DNA from: an uncultured Aliarcobacter sp. | Lineage (GTDB): Bacteria; Campylobacterota; Campylobacteria; Campylobacterales; Arcobacteraceae | NCBI GenBank assembly: GCA_963677435.1 | Contig: OY781945.1 | Coordinates: 2,080,001 to 2,144,000, forward strand | Reading direction: 5' to 3' | DNA length: 64,000 nucleotides | Part shown: piece after piece, positions 29,093 through 39,279 of the stretch | How the letters are laid out: every line of letters starts with the position of its first letter | Position numbering within the stretch: the stretch's first letter is position 1 | Notes under the pieces: model-generated | The model's input: the letters and a program-made list of their open reading frames with translations, nothing else | Database searches by the model: none | What the model was told of the DNA's origin: nothing | Position numbers and translations under genes: made by a program

Positions 29093-30319
29093 TTAAAATA
29101 ACTTATATTTTACAATTGCTTTTTCATAACAATTTTCTAAATTATTTTTTAACATCTCTATAATTTGTAAATCTACTTTTCCTTCTTTACTCATTTCATC
29201 TAAAAGATTAAAAGAATCATCCATTGAAATTCCCATTCGGTAAGGTCTATTTTGAATAAAGGCTTGAAAAATATCAGAAACAGTTAAAATTCTAGCTTCA
29301 AATGGTATTTCAGACTCTTTTAAATTATATGGATAACCTTTTGCATCTAAGGTTTCATGGTGTAGAGAGGCTAAATAAGCTATTTTTTTGAATCCTTTTA
29401 TTCTTCTTAATATTACATAAGAATCAAAACCATGTCGATTCATTTTTATTCTCTCTTCTTCATTTAAAGTACTAGTTTTATTTAAAATAGAATCATCAAC
29501 TCTTAACTTTCCAAGATCATGTAATAATCCAGCAAGTTCAATTATTTCACATGATTCTTCATTTAAATTAAATAATTCAGCTAAATATCTAGCTAAGGAA
29601 CTAACCCCAACTGAATGTTCAGAAGTAAACTCACTTTTTGCATCAACAACTGCTGCAAACATTAAAGATATATTTTTCAAATCATTAAATTCAAAACTTT
29701 CATCTTCTACTTTGTCTATCCAATCTAAAAAATATCCTTCTAAAGCTTCACTTTCCAAATAAAACCAAAATGAATTCCTTGAAGATAAGGAAAAAAATGC
29801 TTTAACTAATTTATCTGAAAACATATCATTTGAATATTTTTCTAAAACTTCTAAAATTTTGGGAACAACTTTAATTCCTTCATTTTTCATTTGAGCATTA
29901 AGTGCATCTACTCTATCTACTAAATAAATAATATTTGAGAGTTCTTTTTCTAATAAAGTTAAAGTTTCAGGTAAATCTTTCCAATGTGTATGATGATATT
30001 TAACATATACTGCATATTTTTCATAAATATTTGTAGATTTTAAAAGGTTATAACCTCGTAGAGAGTGTACTTCTGAATTATTCCAGTCCAACTCTGAGAC
30101 TAAATGAGTATGTACATCTGTTGAAGATACACCGCAATCATGAAGCATTCCTAGAAATATCAAATCATCAATAATACTTTTATCAAAATTTAACTCTTTT
30201 GCAAGTTCAGCAGCCATGAAAGCAACTCTTTTGCCATGTAAAGTATCATCAATTCCAACTAAATCAAGTGCTCCTGATAATGCATATGTAACTTCTCGAA
30301 TATTCAAATTATACTTCAT
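29093..30319 (-). CDS. HD-GYP family phosphodiesterase (tandem HD domains)
   Basis: N-terminal HGKRVA...LHDCG...HHT, then DAKS-x-FT-x-x-HS...LHDLGK...HHE-x-LD-x-x-GYP and RPYR. Confidence 0.9.
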   Translation of the reverse strand: MKYNLNIREVTYALSGALDLVGIDDTLHGKRVAFMAAELAKELNFDKSIIDDLIFLGMLHDCGVSSTDVHTHLVSELDWNNSEVHSLRGYNLLKSTNIYEKYAVYVKYHHTHWKDLPETLTLLEKELSNIIYLVDRVDALNAQMKNEGIKVVPKILEVLEKYSNDMFSDKLVKAFFSLSSRNSFWFYLESEALEGYFLDWIDKVEDESFEFNDLKNISLMFAAVVDAKSEFTSEHSVGVSSLARYLAELFNLNEESCEIIELAGLLHDLGKLRVDDSILNKTSTLNEEERIKMNRHGFDSYVILRRIKGFKKIAYLASLHHETLDAKGYPYNLKESEIPFEARILTVSDIFQAFIQNRPYRMGISMDDSFNLLDEMSKEGKVDLQIIEMLKNNLENCYEKAIVKYKLF

Positions 30320-30368
30320 TCAACTCTCCTTAACAACTAAGTTATCATTCTACAATAGCTACTGTTCT

Positions 30369-31802
30369 TTAAAACTTAATGAAATTATTTTTGTTTAATT
30401 CTTTGTTTAAAACATCAACTCCTACTGCAATTCCTGGCCATCCTTGTCCTGCAAAAACCGTATCTCCAACATTGTATAATCCCTCAAAAGGAGTATTACA
30501 GCTAGGCAGACTTAAAGCTGATTTTATATTTATTGGTTTTCCACCACAATTTGTTCTATTTATAAATGAATAAAAAGTTTTTGAAGTTGCAGCGAAATTT
30601 GATGTTATATTCTCTTTTTTTATAGTATCAAAATATTTCAAAAACTCTTGAATAATAAACTCTTTTGTTTGCTCTTTTTTTAGCTCATATTCATCTTTTG
30701 TCAAACCTTCCCAAAAAATTGCTTTTGAGTGAGTTGAGATTGTGAGACTTAGTCCATTTTTTGACATTTTTTCATCATTTATATCACTAAAAGAGACAAA
30801 AAATGAGTTTGAGATGCAGTTTGGAATATTTTCTTTTAAAACTATTTGATAGTGGTGTAAAAACTCTTTTTTTATATCTAGTTTCATATACACAACAAAA
30901 GCACTTTGGTCACCAAATTTAAAACCTTGGAAATATGATTTTATATCTTCATCTTCAAAAAGTTTTGAACTATCAAAAATAGTTGAATTTAAAACTACTT
31001 TATTACATAAATATTCATCTTTTGTAGTTTTTAGAAGATATTGTTTTTCATTTTTTACTATAGAAATCACTTGTTCATTTTTATTTACTTTTACATCTTT
31101 TAATAAATCTTCAATTAGTTTTCCCATTCCACCATTTACATAAAAAACCTTATGAAATGGATATGCTAAACCTAAACTCATTGATAATAGTGTTGCATTT
31201 TTTGATGTTGTTTGAAGTGTGATTAAAAGTTGTGAATCTATAAAAGCTTTATATTCATCACTAATATTTGGCAAAGTATCATTTATAAATTTTTGAGCAC
31301 TTATTAGTAAATCTATTTTAAACTCTTTTAAAAGTTCAGCTATAAAACAAGATGTTTTAAATAGTGCTTTTAGAGAATATTTTGCAAAATAAATATGTTT
31401 TAGTTTCCAAAACTTTTCATCAATCTCTTTTATTTTCGTCCAAAAATCTCTATTGTTTTTGTGATAATAAACACTATTTAATTGGCTCAAAAACTCTTCA
31501 AAATTTTGAACTCTATCTACTTTTTTATTTCCTTGAATATTTCTAATGGCAATTTTACTTTGTAAAATATCAGGAACTAAGCCAACTTTATCAAAAATAT
31601 TTTTAATAATATGACCATCTTCATATCCTACAAAAGTTGTTGCTCCCGTATTAAAATGATGACCAAATCTTTTAAAAGTTGAGGCGCAACCTCCAAGATT
31701 GTGGTCTTTTTCAAAAACCACTATGTCTTTATCTTTATTTAGTGCAGCAATCATTGTTCCACCAATTCCAGAACCTACAATTGCAATATCAATTTTTTTC
31801 AT
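30369..31802 (-). CDS. FAD-dependent oxidoreductase, phytoene desaturase/CrtD-like family
   Basis: GSGIGG Rossmann motif, GGCASTFKR, GAT and C-terminal VGDTVFAGQGWPG. Confidence 0.8.
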   Translation of the reverse strand: MKKIDIAIVGSGIGGTMIAALNKDKDIVVFEKDHNLGGCASTFKRFGHHFNTGATTFVGYEDGHIIKNIFDKVGLVPDILQSKIAIRNIQGNKKVDRVQNFEEFLSQLNSVYYHKNNRDFWTKIKEIDEKFWKLKHIYFAKYSLKALFKTSCFIAELLKEFKIDLLISAQKFINDTLPNISDEYKAFIDSQLLITLQTTSKNATLLSMSLGLAYPFHKVFYVNGGMGKLIEDLLKDVKVNKNEQVISIVKNEKQYLLKTTKDEYLCNKVVLNSTIFDSSKLFEDEDIKSYFQGFKFGDQSAFVVYMKLDIKKEFLHHYQIVLKENIPNCISNSFFVSFSDINDEKMSKNGLSLTISTHSKAIFWEGLTKDEYELKKEQTKEFIIQEFLKYFDTIKKENITSNFAATSKTFYSFINRTNCGGKPINIKSALSLPSCNTPFEGLYNVGDTVFAGQGWPGIAVGVDVLNKELNKNNFIKF

Positions 31803-33141
31803 TATTTGCTCTTTTAAACTCTTCTATTGCTCTTTTTCTTGAAAATTCAATACTTACAATCTGAGTTGGATAATCTAAAAATATATTTGATTGGACACCA
31901 TTTTCACTATGAATTTGTTTTGCTGGCACATCTGTTAACTCTTTTAAAACAGATTTAATAAAAATAGCCTCTTTATCAAATTTTGCTGATTGTAAATATG
32001 GATTAAAAATCCTAAAATATGGAACACTATCAGCTCCAGTACTTGCTGCCCATTGCCAAGAACCTACATTTGAACTTGCCTCATAATCAAGAAGTTTTGA
32101 AGCGAAATATCGTTCCCCTTTTTTCCAATCAACAAGTAAATTTTTTGTTAGATATGAAGAAACAATCATTCTTAAACGATTGTGCATAGTTCCTGTTTGA
32201 TTAAAATATCTCATAGCAGCATCAATTATTGGAACTCCTGTTTTTCCTTCACACCATTTTTGAAAAATGTTTTCATCTTCCTTCCAATTTACTTTTATTT
32301 TATTTAGATTTTCAAACTCACTTTTTGGAAAATGAAATAAAATATAGTTATAAAATTCTCTCCAAAAAAGCTCTCTTATAAAAAACTCTTTATTTTCAGT
32401 TCTGGCTTTTAGCTCTTTTATTTTATTAAAAGCTTGTCTTGGAGAAATTAGACCAAATCTTAAATGAACAGCTAGATTTGAAGTTGCATTTTTATCAAAA
32501 AAATCCCTATCAATTTTGTAGTTATCTATTTTTTGTCCAAATTCTTCTAATAATTCTTCAGCACTTTTTTCTAAAAATTCTGGCAACTTTTGAACAATAA
32601 AACCCATGTTTTCTAAAGTTGGAATAGACTCGTAATCAAAAGAGATTAATTTTAAATTTTCATTTGTTTTAAACTCTTCCAGTCTATATGAATTCCAAAT
32701 AAAATTTAAGTTATTATAATATGGCGTAAATACTTTGTAAGGTGTTTTATCAGCCTTTAGACAATCATTTGGATGGGTAATAAATGAATCCGTAAAGGTT
32801 TGCATTGGCATGATTTCACAGATTTCCTCATCTCTTTTTTTTGCATAATCATCAAAATCAACTGAACATAAAATATTTTCAAAACCTTCAGTTTTTAGCT
32901 TTGAAAATACCTCTTTGGGAGTTGAATAAAATATGGCTAAATCTAGCCCTATTTCTTTCAACTCATGTTTTAGTTTTAAAACGCTTTTATAAATAAATGT
33001 TACTCTTTTATCATCATTTGAAAGTAGATTTAAGATATTTTTATCAAAGATAAAAATAGGCAATACTTCATCTTTTGCAAATTGTAAAATTGCACTATCA
33101 GTGATTCTTAAATCTCTTCTAAACCATAAAATTTGTTTCAT
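31789..33141 (-). CDS. phrB: Deoxyribodipyrimidine photolyase (class I CPD type)
   Basis: WFRRDLR, PYKVFTPY, ELFWREF, TGVPIIDAAMR, MHNRLRM, WQW and PYFRIFNP. Confidence 0.92.
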   Translation of the reverse strand: MKQILWFRRDLRITDSAILQFAKDEVLPIFIFDKNILNLLSNDDKRVTFIYKSVLKLKHELKEIGLDLAIFYSTPKEVFSKLKTEGFENILCSVDFDDYAKKRDEEICEIMPMQTFTDSFITHPNDCLKADKTPYKVFTPYYNNLNFIWNSYRLEEFKTNENLKLISFDYESIPTLENMGFIVQKLPEFLEKSAEELLEEFGQKIDNYKIDRDFFDKNATSNLAVHLRFGLISPRQAFNKIKELKARTENKEFFIRELFWREFYNYILFHFPKSEFENLNKIKVNWKEDENIFQKWCEGKTGVPIIDAAMRYFNQTGTMHNRLRMIVSSYLTKNLLVDWKKGERYFASKLLDYEASSNVGSWQWAASTGADSVPYFRIFNPYLQSAKFDKEAIFIKSVLKELTDVPAKQIHSENGVQSNIFLDYPTQIVSIEFSRKRAIEEFKRANNEKN

Positions 33142-34097
33142 TATTTATAAGCCTTAATATCACTTCTTAGAGCCAATTCACTTGGATATGGATTTAAAAA
33201 TTTTTGAACTTTTAGATATTGCACATCAAATCTATTTACATAAAGATTTATTATTTTCATTACTGCAATTAAAGGAATAATTTTTTGTTTATACTCTTCA
33301 AGAGTTGATAAAATAATCTCTTTTTCTTCTTTTGTGATTAGCTTTTTAAAGTATCCAAACATATGAAGTAAAACATTATAAGTTTTACTTACGCTTCCTT
33401 TTAAACTTATAGCTTTTAAAAACTCCTCTTTATACTCTTCTAAAATTTCAGGAAGTTGTTTTTTATCATGATTTGCAACTATTTTTCCAAGAGCATTGTA
33501 AGATTTTTGTGCCTTTGAGTAAATTAGATATTTATATGAAGTGTGAAATATTACAATGTCATTAAAACTTGGGTTTGATTTAATAAATTCATGAAAATGT
33601 TGATAAGCAAAAATTTGCATCAAAAAGTTTTCCCTAAGCCAAGGGTCAATTAATCTACCCTCTTCTTCAACTGGCAAATATGGATATTTCTCTTTTATTT
33701 GTTTTGCAAAAACTCCAACACCATTTTTCACGCTAGGTGCATTAAAAGGTTTATAAACTTTTACTCGCTCCATCCCACATGTAGGTGATGATGATTTTAA
33801 GATAAATCCACATAAATCATCATTTTCAATTCTATTTGCGCACTCAATTGAAACATTTTCAAGTTCTTCTGTCACATCTTTTGGAGTTTTTGTAGAAGTT
33901 ACAATTTTTAATTTACCATCTTCACTTAAAGTTTGTCTGATTGCTTCTCGTGGACTTCCCCAAATTATAGTTTCTGGACAATATGCAGATGTTTCAAAAT
34001 ATTTTTGTAAAACATCTACTATAAATTTATCACTTGCACCTACGCCATCATATCTACATTGAGTACCGATTAAACAAGCTGAAACTCCTAATTTCAT
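33141..34097 (-). CDS. ybgA: YbgA family (DUF523 TudS thiouracil desulfidase + DUF1722)
   Basis: GVSACLIG-x-x-CRYDG, CPE, SPTCG, EEEGRL, NVLLHMFGYFK and PYP-x-EL. Located directly upstream of the photolyase. Confidence 0.88.
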   Translation of the reverse strand: MKLGVSACLIGTQCRYDGVGASDKFIVDVLQKYFETSAYCPETIIWGSPREAIRQTLSEDGKLKIVTSTKTPKDVTEELENVSIECANRIENDDLCGFILKSSSPTCGMERVKVYKPFNAPSVKNGVGVFAKQIKEKYPYLPVEEEGRLIDPWLRENFLMQIFAYQHFHEFIKSNPSFNDIVIFHTSYKYLIYSKAQKSYNALGKIVANHDKKQLPEILEEYKEEFLKAISLKGSVSKTYNVLLHMFGYFKKLITKEEKEIILSTLEEYKQKIIPLIAVMKIINLYVNRFDVQYLKVQKFLNPYPSELALRSDIKAYK

Positions 34098-34163
34098 AAG
34101 AAATCCTTTTTTTATTTTATTTTATAATAAAAAAAGGTCTTCTTGTAGGCAAAAATCTTCTAT

Positions 34164-34679
34164 TTATAATTTTATATTCATTCTTTTGAGTATTTCATAA
34201 GTTTTTGTCACATCATATGTTGCACTATGATATTTATCACCATCAAACTCTATTCCATAATATAAGCAAGTTTCATCTAGTTTTGGATTTTTTAATCTTC
34301 CACTTTTTCCATAAACTTTTACAATATCTTTATTTTCTTTCATTGTGCAAATATGCTTTTGAAATTTCACTTTATTATCAATATGTCTTAATTCAAAAGT
34401 TATATTGTGAGCAACCAAAGTATCTGAATTTGAGCAAAACTCTAAAAAATCTTCATCTTCAGTAAAATATGAACAATAAGATTTATCTTTTCTATAATCA
34501 AGTATTAATTCAGGTGTTAATCTATGAACTGCAAATGAAAAATAATTAACGGGATATCTAGATAAATAATATCTATGAAATTTATCTAAAACATTAAAAT
34601 CTTTATCTATGCGCACAGCTGCCACTTCAATTACATCACCAACATTACTGCTATTTGTCTCAAAATCTATTATTATCAT
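34164..34679 (-). CDS. DEDDh 3'-5' exonuclease
   Basis: IDFET, VAHNITFE and HSATYDV. Confidence 0.85.
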   Translation of the reverse strand: MIIIDFETNSSNVGDVIEVAAVRIDKDFNVLDKFHRYYLSRYPVNYFSFAVHRLTPELILDYRKDKSYCSYFTEDEDFLEFCSNSDTLVAHNITFELRHIDNKVKFQKHICTMKENKDIVKVYGKSGRLKNPKLDETCLYYGIEFDGDKYHSATYDVTKTYEILKRMNIKL

Positions 34680-35001
34680 TTATATATTTTTCTCTTTTTT
34701 TATATATTATATCTTTAATTTTTTTATAACTCTTTGTATTTTGGTAATTAATTTCATCTATTAAATGCTCATATTTCTTATATGTATTCCAAACATTTAA
34801 AGAGTGTTCAAATCTTTTCATTTTATAAAGTTCAATACTTACACTTGCATTTACAAAAGCTTTTAAGATAAAAGATTCTTGTCTTGTATGTTCATTATCT
34901 TTATATTTTCGCCAAAGTTCTTCTAAAATATCATGAACTCTTATGAATTCATCATTTTCAAGAAGTAAAATAATTTTTTCATATTCTAAGTCTATATCCA
35001 T
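34660..35001 (-). CDS. DUF309 family protein
   Basis: EFIRVHDILEELW motif. Start moved to the ATG at 35001. Confidence 0.75.
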   Translation of the reverse strand: MDIDLEYEKIILLLENDEFIRVHDILEELWRKYKDNEHTRQESFILKAFVNASVSIELYKMKRFEHSLNVWNTYKKYEHLIDEINYQNTKSYKKIKDIIYKKREKYINDNNRF

Positions 35002-35108
35002 AACTAACCTATTTAAATTTACACACAAATATTATATTTATACTTAATATTACTTTAATCTTTAAAATAATAAAATTTATCAAGTGATAAAAATAAAAGG
35101 AGTCTATT

Positions 35109-35936
35109 ATGCAAATAAATTCAAACTCTGCCTTAGATCAAAATATTTATCTAAATCTTAATCAAAGCTTAAATAGGATTGCTACTGGTGTTGAATTAAA
35201 TCAGTCAAGTGATAATGCCTCTAGTTTATCAATTGCAAATAGTTTATTAACTCAGTCAAATGGTTATTCTCAAGCTATCGAAAATACAAATTCAGCAATA
35301 GCTTCAAGTCAAATAGCCTCAAGTGCAACAAATGAACAATCAAATATCTTAGATGATATAAAAGGAAAACTTCTTCAAGCTTCAACTGATACAACAAGTC
35401 AAGAAGGAAGAGCTGCAATACTAAAAGATATTCAATCACAATTGGAACAATTTAATAAAATTGCAAGCGATACAAACTACAATGGTCAAACTCTACTTCA
35501 AAAAGGTAAAGATGATACAGCAGCAACTGATACACAACAATATCAAACTGGTCTAAATGGAAACAATCTTATTGAGTCTACAAGTATTCAATCTAACACT
35601 CAAGGTCTTGGATTAAATAATCTTTTAAATCAAGACTCTGCAACTTTTACTGCAACTGATGCAAGAGGCTTTTTAGAAAATGTTGACAAAGCAATAAATG
35701 GATTAAATGATATAAGAACAGATATCGGAGCTACACAAAATCAACTTCAAAGTTCAAATAGAAATCTTCTTACACAAGAGACAAGTACATTAAATGCAGC
35801 TTCATTATTTGATACAGATTATGCAAAAGAGTCATCAAATTTCTCAAAACAAAATATTTTAGCTCAAATTGGTGCATACGGACAATCACAAGCTAATAAT
35901 ATAAACCAACAAACAGTATTAAGATTACTTAGCTAA
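35109..35936 (+). CDS. Short flagellin-like protein (FlaC-like)
   Basis: Flagellin N domain (SLNRIATG...DNASSL...TNYNG) and C domain (RTDIGATQNQL...DTDYAKESSNFSKQNIL...VLRLL). Confidence 0.85.
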   Translation: MQINSNSALDQNIYLNLNQSLNRIATGVELNQSSDNASSLSIANSLLTQSNGYSQAIENTNSAIASSQIASSATNEQSNILDDIKGKLLQASTDTTSQEGRAAILKDIQSQLEQFNKIASDTNYNGQTLLQKGKDDTAATDTQQYQTGLNGNNLIESTSIQSNTQGLGLNNLLNQDSATFTATDARGFLENVDKAINGLNDIRTDIGATQNQLQSSNRNLLTQETSTLNAASLFDTDYAKESSNFSKQNILAQIGAYGQSQANNINQQTVLRLLS

Positions 35937-35944
35937 AAATCTTC

Positions 35945-35972
35945 AAAATAGGCTCAAACTTGAGTCTATTTT
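35945..35972. terminator. Bidirectional intrinsic terminator
   Basis: AAAATAGGCTCA-AACT-TGAGTCTATTTT. Confidence 0.7.
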
Positions 35973-36396
35973 ATCTTCCGTATCTATAATCTCTGTGATG
36001 ATGTCTTTCATAGTAATGTCTTGGAGGAAATCTATCATAATTTTGATATATTACTGTAACTTGTGCAGGTTGTCTTCTATAGTAGTAATCGTCATCATAA
36101 TATCTATCTGTTCTTACATAAGTAGTTGTTCTTTCATAATTATTGTCATAATAACTATCTCTATATGAATTATTATAATTTGGAGTAGAATAAGATGGCG
36201 TTCTAGAATTATTTGCAATGCTTGCTCCCAATAATCCACCGGCAACTTTTGCCACATCTCGTCCATTGCCTTTTCCAATTTGATTACCAATTGCAACTCC
36301 AATTGTCGCACCTACTAAAGTATCAAGACCTATTGAATTGTTATCTGCAAAAACTAAAGAGCTTGTAATAAGAAACATTGATAATATTTTTTTCAT
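35971..36396 (-). CDS. Exported glycine-zipper 2TM protein with Tyr/Arg/His-rich tail
   Basis: Signal peptide and GATIGVAIGNQIGKGNGRDVAKVAGGLLGA. Confidence 0.8.
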   Translation of the reverse strand: MKKILSMFLITSSLVFADNNSIGLDTLVGATIGVAIGNQIGKGNGRDVAKVAGGLLGASIANNSRTPSYSTPNYNNSYRDSYYDNNYERTTTYVRTDRYYDDDYYYRRQPAQVTVIYQNYDRFPPRHYYERHHHRDYRYGR

Positions 36397-36439
36397 TTTA
36401 TAACTCCCATTATATTTATTTTAAAAGTATAAAGCTTCA

Positions 36440-36457
36440 TTGTGAAAGTATTGTGAA
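36440..36457 (-). promoter_or_regulatory. 11-bp-period direct repeat (OmpR-type box)
   Basis: TTGTGAA-AGTA-TTGTGAA upstream of the glycine-zipper gene. Confidence 0.45.
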
Positions 36458-36464
36458 TATAAAA

Positions 36465-36809
36465 CTATTTTAATTTGCCAAAAATTTTATATTTCTCCCA
36501 ATATCCATCTATTGCATTTCTCAATTTTGAATCACTCAAATTTGTTTTCTTTTTTACCCCAAATCTTGTAATAAATGACTCAGTCATTACCGTTTTTTCT
36601 GAAGATGGATTTTTTAGATAATCAAACATTGCTTTTTTAACATCTCTTTCACTACTATATTTCAATAAATATTTATAAAAATATTTATCAATACTAACGG
36701 GTAATTGTGAATGACATTGAACACAATTTAAATTATATATTGAATAATCATTATTATCAGCATTTAAAGACAAAACCATCAAGATGATTAAAAAAAGTTT
36801 TTTTACCAT
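36465..36809 (-). CDS. Small periplasmic c-type cytochrome
   Basis: Signal peptide, CVQCH, and YLKNPS...VM with a candidate Met ligand. Confidence 0.75.
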   Translation of the reverse strand: MVKKLFLIILMVLSLNADNNDYSIYNLNCVQCHSQLPVSIDKYFYKYLLKYSSERDVKKAMFDYLKNPSSEKTVMTESFITRFGVKKKTNLSDSKLRNAIDGYWEKYKIFGKLK

Positions 36810-37990
36810 TTTATTTCCACTTTAGTCCCTACATTTATTTCAGATTTAACATCTATTTTCAAATCATACTCTTTTGCGATTAAAGAGACAATATTTAAAC
36901 CGATTCCAAAGCCACCAACACTTTTATCAAATCTTGAATATCTTTCAAAAAGATTTTTTAGATTCTCTTTTTCAATTCCTTTTCCACTATCTTCAATACT
37001 TAAAGTATTATCATCTAAATTTACTTTAATAAAACCAGCAATTTTATTATATTTAATAGCATTAGATAAAATATTATCAATTAATTTAGTTATCTTTTTC
37101 ATATCACAAAAAATAAAAATATCATCTTCTATATTTAGATTAAAAGTAATCTTTTTTAAAGTTGCTAAACTATTAAAATAATCTATTCGTTGTCTTAAAA
37201 CATTTGAAAGATTTATATCTTCGTTTTTTGAAATAAGTTGATTATTTAAAGTAACAAAAGTTAAATCTTCATAGATGTTTGAAATGGTTTTTGCACCTAT
37301 TTCTATTCGATTTATTTTCTTAAATAATCTCTCATCTAAACTATTCTTATCAATCATTTCAATATTTGTAATAATAGCGGTAACTGGTGTATTTAGTTCA
37401 TGGGTTGTATCTTTTATAAATCTATCAAGTAGATGTAAGGCATCACGCATGGGCTTTAAAAATAGCCTTAAAATGAAATATCCTATAAACATCATAAATA
37501 TAAAAGCTAATGAAAAATATATTATGATGTTATATCTGATTTGTTCAAACCAAACTCCATCATCTGGAATTTCAACTATAATATATTTACTACCTAAATA
37601 GTATGATTCTGGTTCTTTTATAAAATGAATCTCTCCATCATTTAAATAAATAATATCATCTAAACTTACATCTTGAGATTTTAATGTAGAGAAAATCTCT
37701 TTTTTATCACTATCAAAGATAGCAGATTCAAATCTTTCATCTCGTGGATAAACATTATTTTTATCAATATTTACATGTAGATCTCTTAATCTTCCGATTA
37801 AGTCATTTGAATAATTTTGCAAAATTTGTCTTTTTTCTTGAAGCATCAAATCTTTTTGAAATTTATAATATAAATAAGATACAACACTTAAAATTACTAA
37901 AACCAGAAAAGAGTATAAAAAACTAAAACCTAAAAGTGTTCTAGTCTCACTTTTGGTTAAATCTATACCCGAGTTTTTTAAGACTAACAA
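36803..37990 (-). CDS. Sensor histidine kinase
   Basis: Two TM helices, DTTHELNTP, NAIKYN, DSGKGI and GGFGIGL. Exact start is uncertain. Confidence 0.92.
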   Translation of the reverse strand: MLVLKNSGIDLTKSETRTLLGFSFLYSFLVLVILSVVSYLYYKFQKDLMLQEKRQILQNYSNDLIGRLRDLHVNIDKNNVYPRDERFESAIFDSDKKEIFSTLKSQDVSLDDIIYLNDGEIHFIKEPESYYLGSKYIIVEIPDDGVWFEQIRYNIIIYFSLAFIFMMFIGYFILRLFLKPMRDALHLLDRFIKDTTHELNTPVTAIITNIEMIDKNSLDERLFKKINRIEIGAKTISNIYEDLTFVTLNNQLISKNEDINLSNVLRQRIDYFNSLATLKKITFNLNIEDDIFIFCDMKKITKLIDNILSNAIKYNKIAGFIKVNLDDNTLSIEDSGKGIEKENLKNLFERYSRFDKSVGGFGIGLNIVSLIAKEYDLKIDVKSEINVGTKVEIKW

Positions 37991-38615
37991 TTTTATCTTT
38001 TCCTAAAATCTTTCTAAGATTTTTTATATAAGTTCTTAAAGAGTTATCACTATACTCTTCATCATAATCCCAAACATAATCGTAAATTCTATCGTGAACT
38101 AAAAGTTCATTTGGATGTTGTAAAAATAGTTTTAAAAGTTTTAACTCTTTTAAATTAAGTTTTATCTCTTCATCTGCATCTTTTAATTCACTAGATATTG
38201 AATTAAAAGTTATTGTTTCTGTTATATAAACAATATCACTTTTATGGGAAAATTCTCTTTTTAATATGGTTTGAACTCTAATTAAAAGTTCTTTTAATTC
38301 AAATGGCTTTCTAATATAATCATCACAACCACTTGAATATCCTTGCTCCAAAGAGTCCATAGAATTTAAAGATGTAATAAAAATAGCAGGTGTATGATTA
38401 TTTTCATGTCTTACTTCTTTTAATACTTCAAAACCATTTTTATTTGGTACATTTACATCAAGTAATAACAAATCAAAAGAATTTTCATATATTGAGGATA
38501 AAGCTTCTTCTCCATCATAAACACATATTACTTCAAAACCTTTTTCTTCTAAATAATCACAAACAGTATCACTTAAATTTAAGTCATCTTCTAATAATAA
38601 TATTTTAGTTTTCAT
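37947..38615 (-). CDS. OmpR-family response regulator
   Basis: LLEDD, LLDVNVP, DYIRKPF and winged helix LRTYIKNLRK...GY. Confidence 0.94.
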   Translation of the reverse strand: MKTKILLLEDDLNLSDTVCDYLEEKGFEVICVYDGEEALSSIYENSFDLLLLDVNVPNKNGFEVLKEVRHENNHTPAIFITSLNSMDSLEQGYSSGCDDYIRKPFELKELLIRVQTILKREFSHKSDIVYITETITFNSISSELKDADEEIKLNLKELKLLKLFLQHPNELLVHDRIYDYVWDYDEEYSDNSLRTYIKNLRKILGKDKIVSLKKLGYRFNQK

Positions 38616-38836
38616 TTTTTTGGCATCTCTTGAATACTTTGTTCAAATTGAATTTTTTCATCTTGTGTCATAGTTGGAATTCTAGAATACAACTCTTTAA
38701 TAAATTTAGCTTTGTTTTCTTCTTTTACATAACCAATAATTGATATTAACTCTTGAGTGCTCATATCTGAATAATTTTCTTGTTTTGCAAAAATAATAGT
38801 AAACAACAAAAGAAATATAATGGTGATTTTTTTCAT
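38612..38836 (-). CDS. DUF1104 family small exported protein
   Basis: Signal peptide and NYSDMSTQELI...G...EL-x-x-R-x-x-TMT. Confidence 0.75.
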   Translation of the reverse strand: MKKITIIFLLLFTIIFAKQENYSDMSTQELISIIGYVKEENKAKFIKELYSRIPTMTQDEKIQFEQSIQEMPKK

Positions 38837-38956
38837 TTTTATAACTCTATTTTTTATTTTGATTGTATCATATTAAATGTATAATAATTGTATATAAATC
38901 TCTTTTAAGCTTTTATAAATAATTTTTGACTAGAATTCATATAAAAAAGAGATTTA

Positions 38957-39256
38957 ATGTTTAAAAATATATTACTAATTGTTGGTTTTGCATTTATTAT
39001 TAATGGCTGCTTTGGCTCAACTGAAGAAGAGAAATGGACTGCATTTATCTATCCAAACAAAGAAGATACGACACAAAATATAAAAAGTCCCATGACATTT
39101 TCATCATTAGAAGAGTGTAAAAAGGTTTCGATTTTAGAAATCAAAAAACAAAATTTAGAGAATATTGCCATGTTTAAATGTGGTTTAAATTGTAGATACA
39201 ATGATGGTATGAAAAAAGAAATATGTCAAAAAATGTTATCTTCAACTGATAAATAA
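38957..39256 (+). CDS. Putative lipoprotein
   Basis: Lipobox INGC, WTAFIYP and CGLNC. Confidence 0.7.
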   Translation: MFKNILLIVGFAFIINGCFGSTEEEKWTAFIYPNKEDTTQNIKSPMTFSSLEECKKVSILEIKKQNLENIAMFKCGLNCRYNDGMKKEICQKMLSSTDK

Positions 39257-39279
39257 CAATTTGATTCCCAGAGGTTTTG

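Noticed and set aside
34133..34150. CCTACAA-like motif shared by the ybgA and SRPBCC upstream regions
   Set aside because: Too short, and it lies at different distances from the putative -10 boxes, so it cannot be distinguished from chance.
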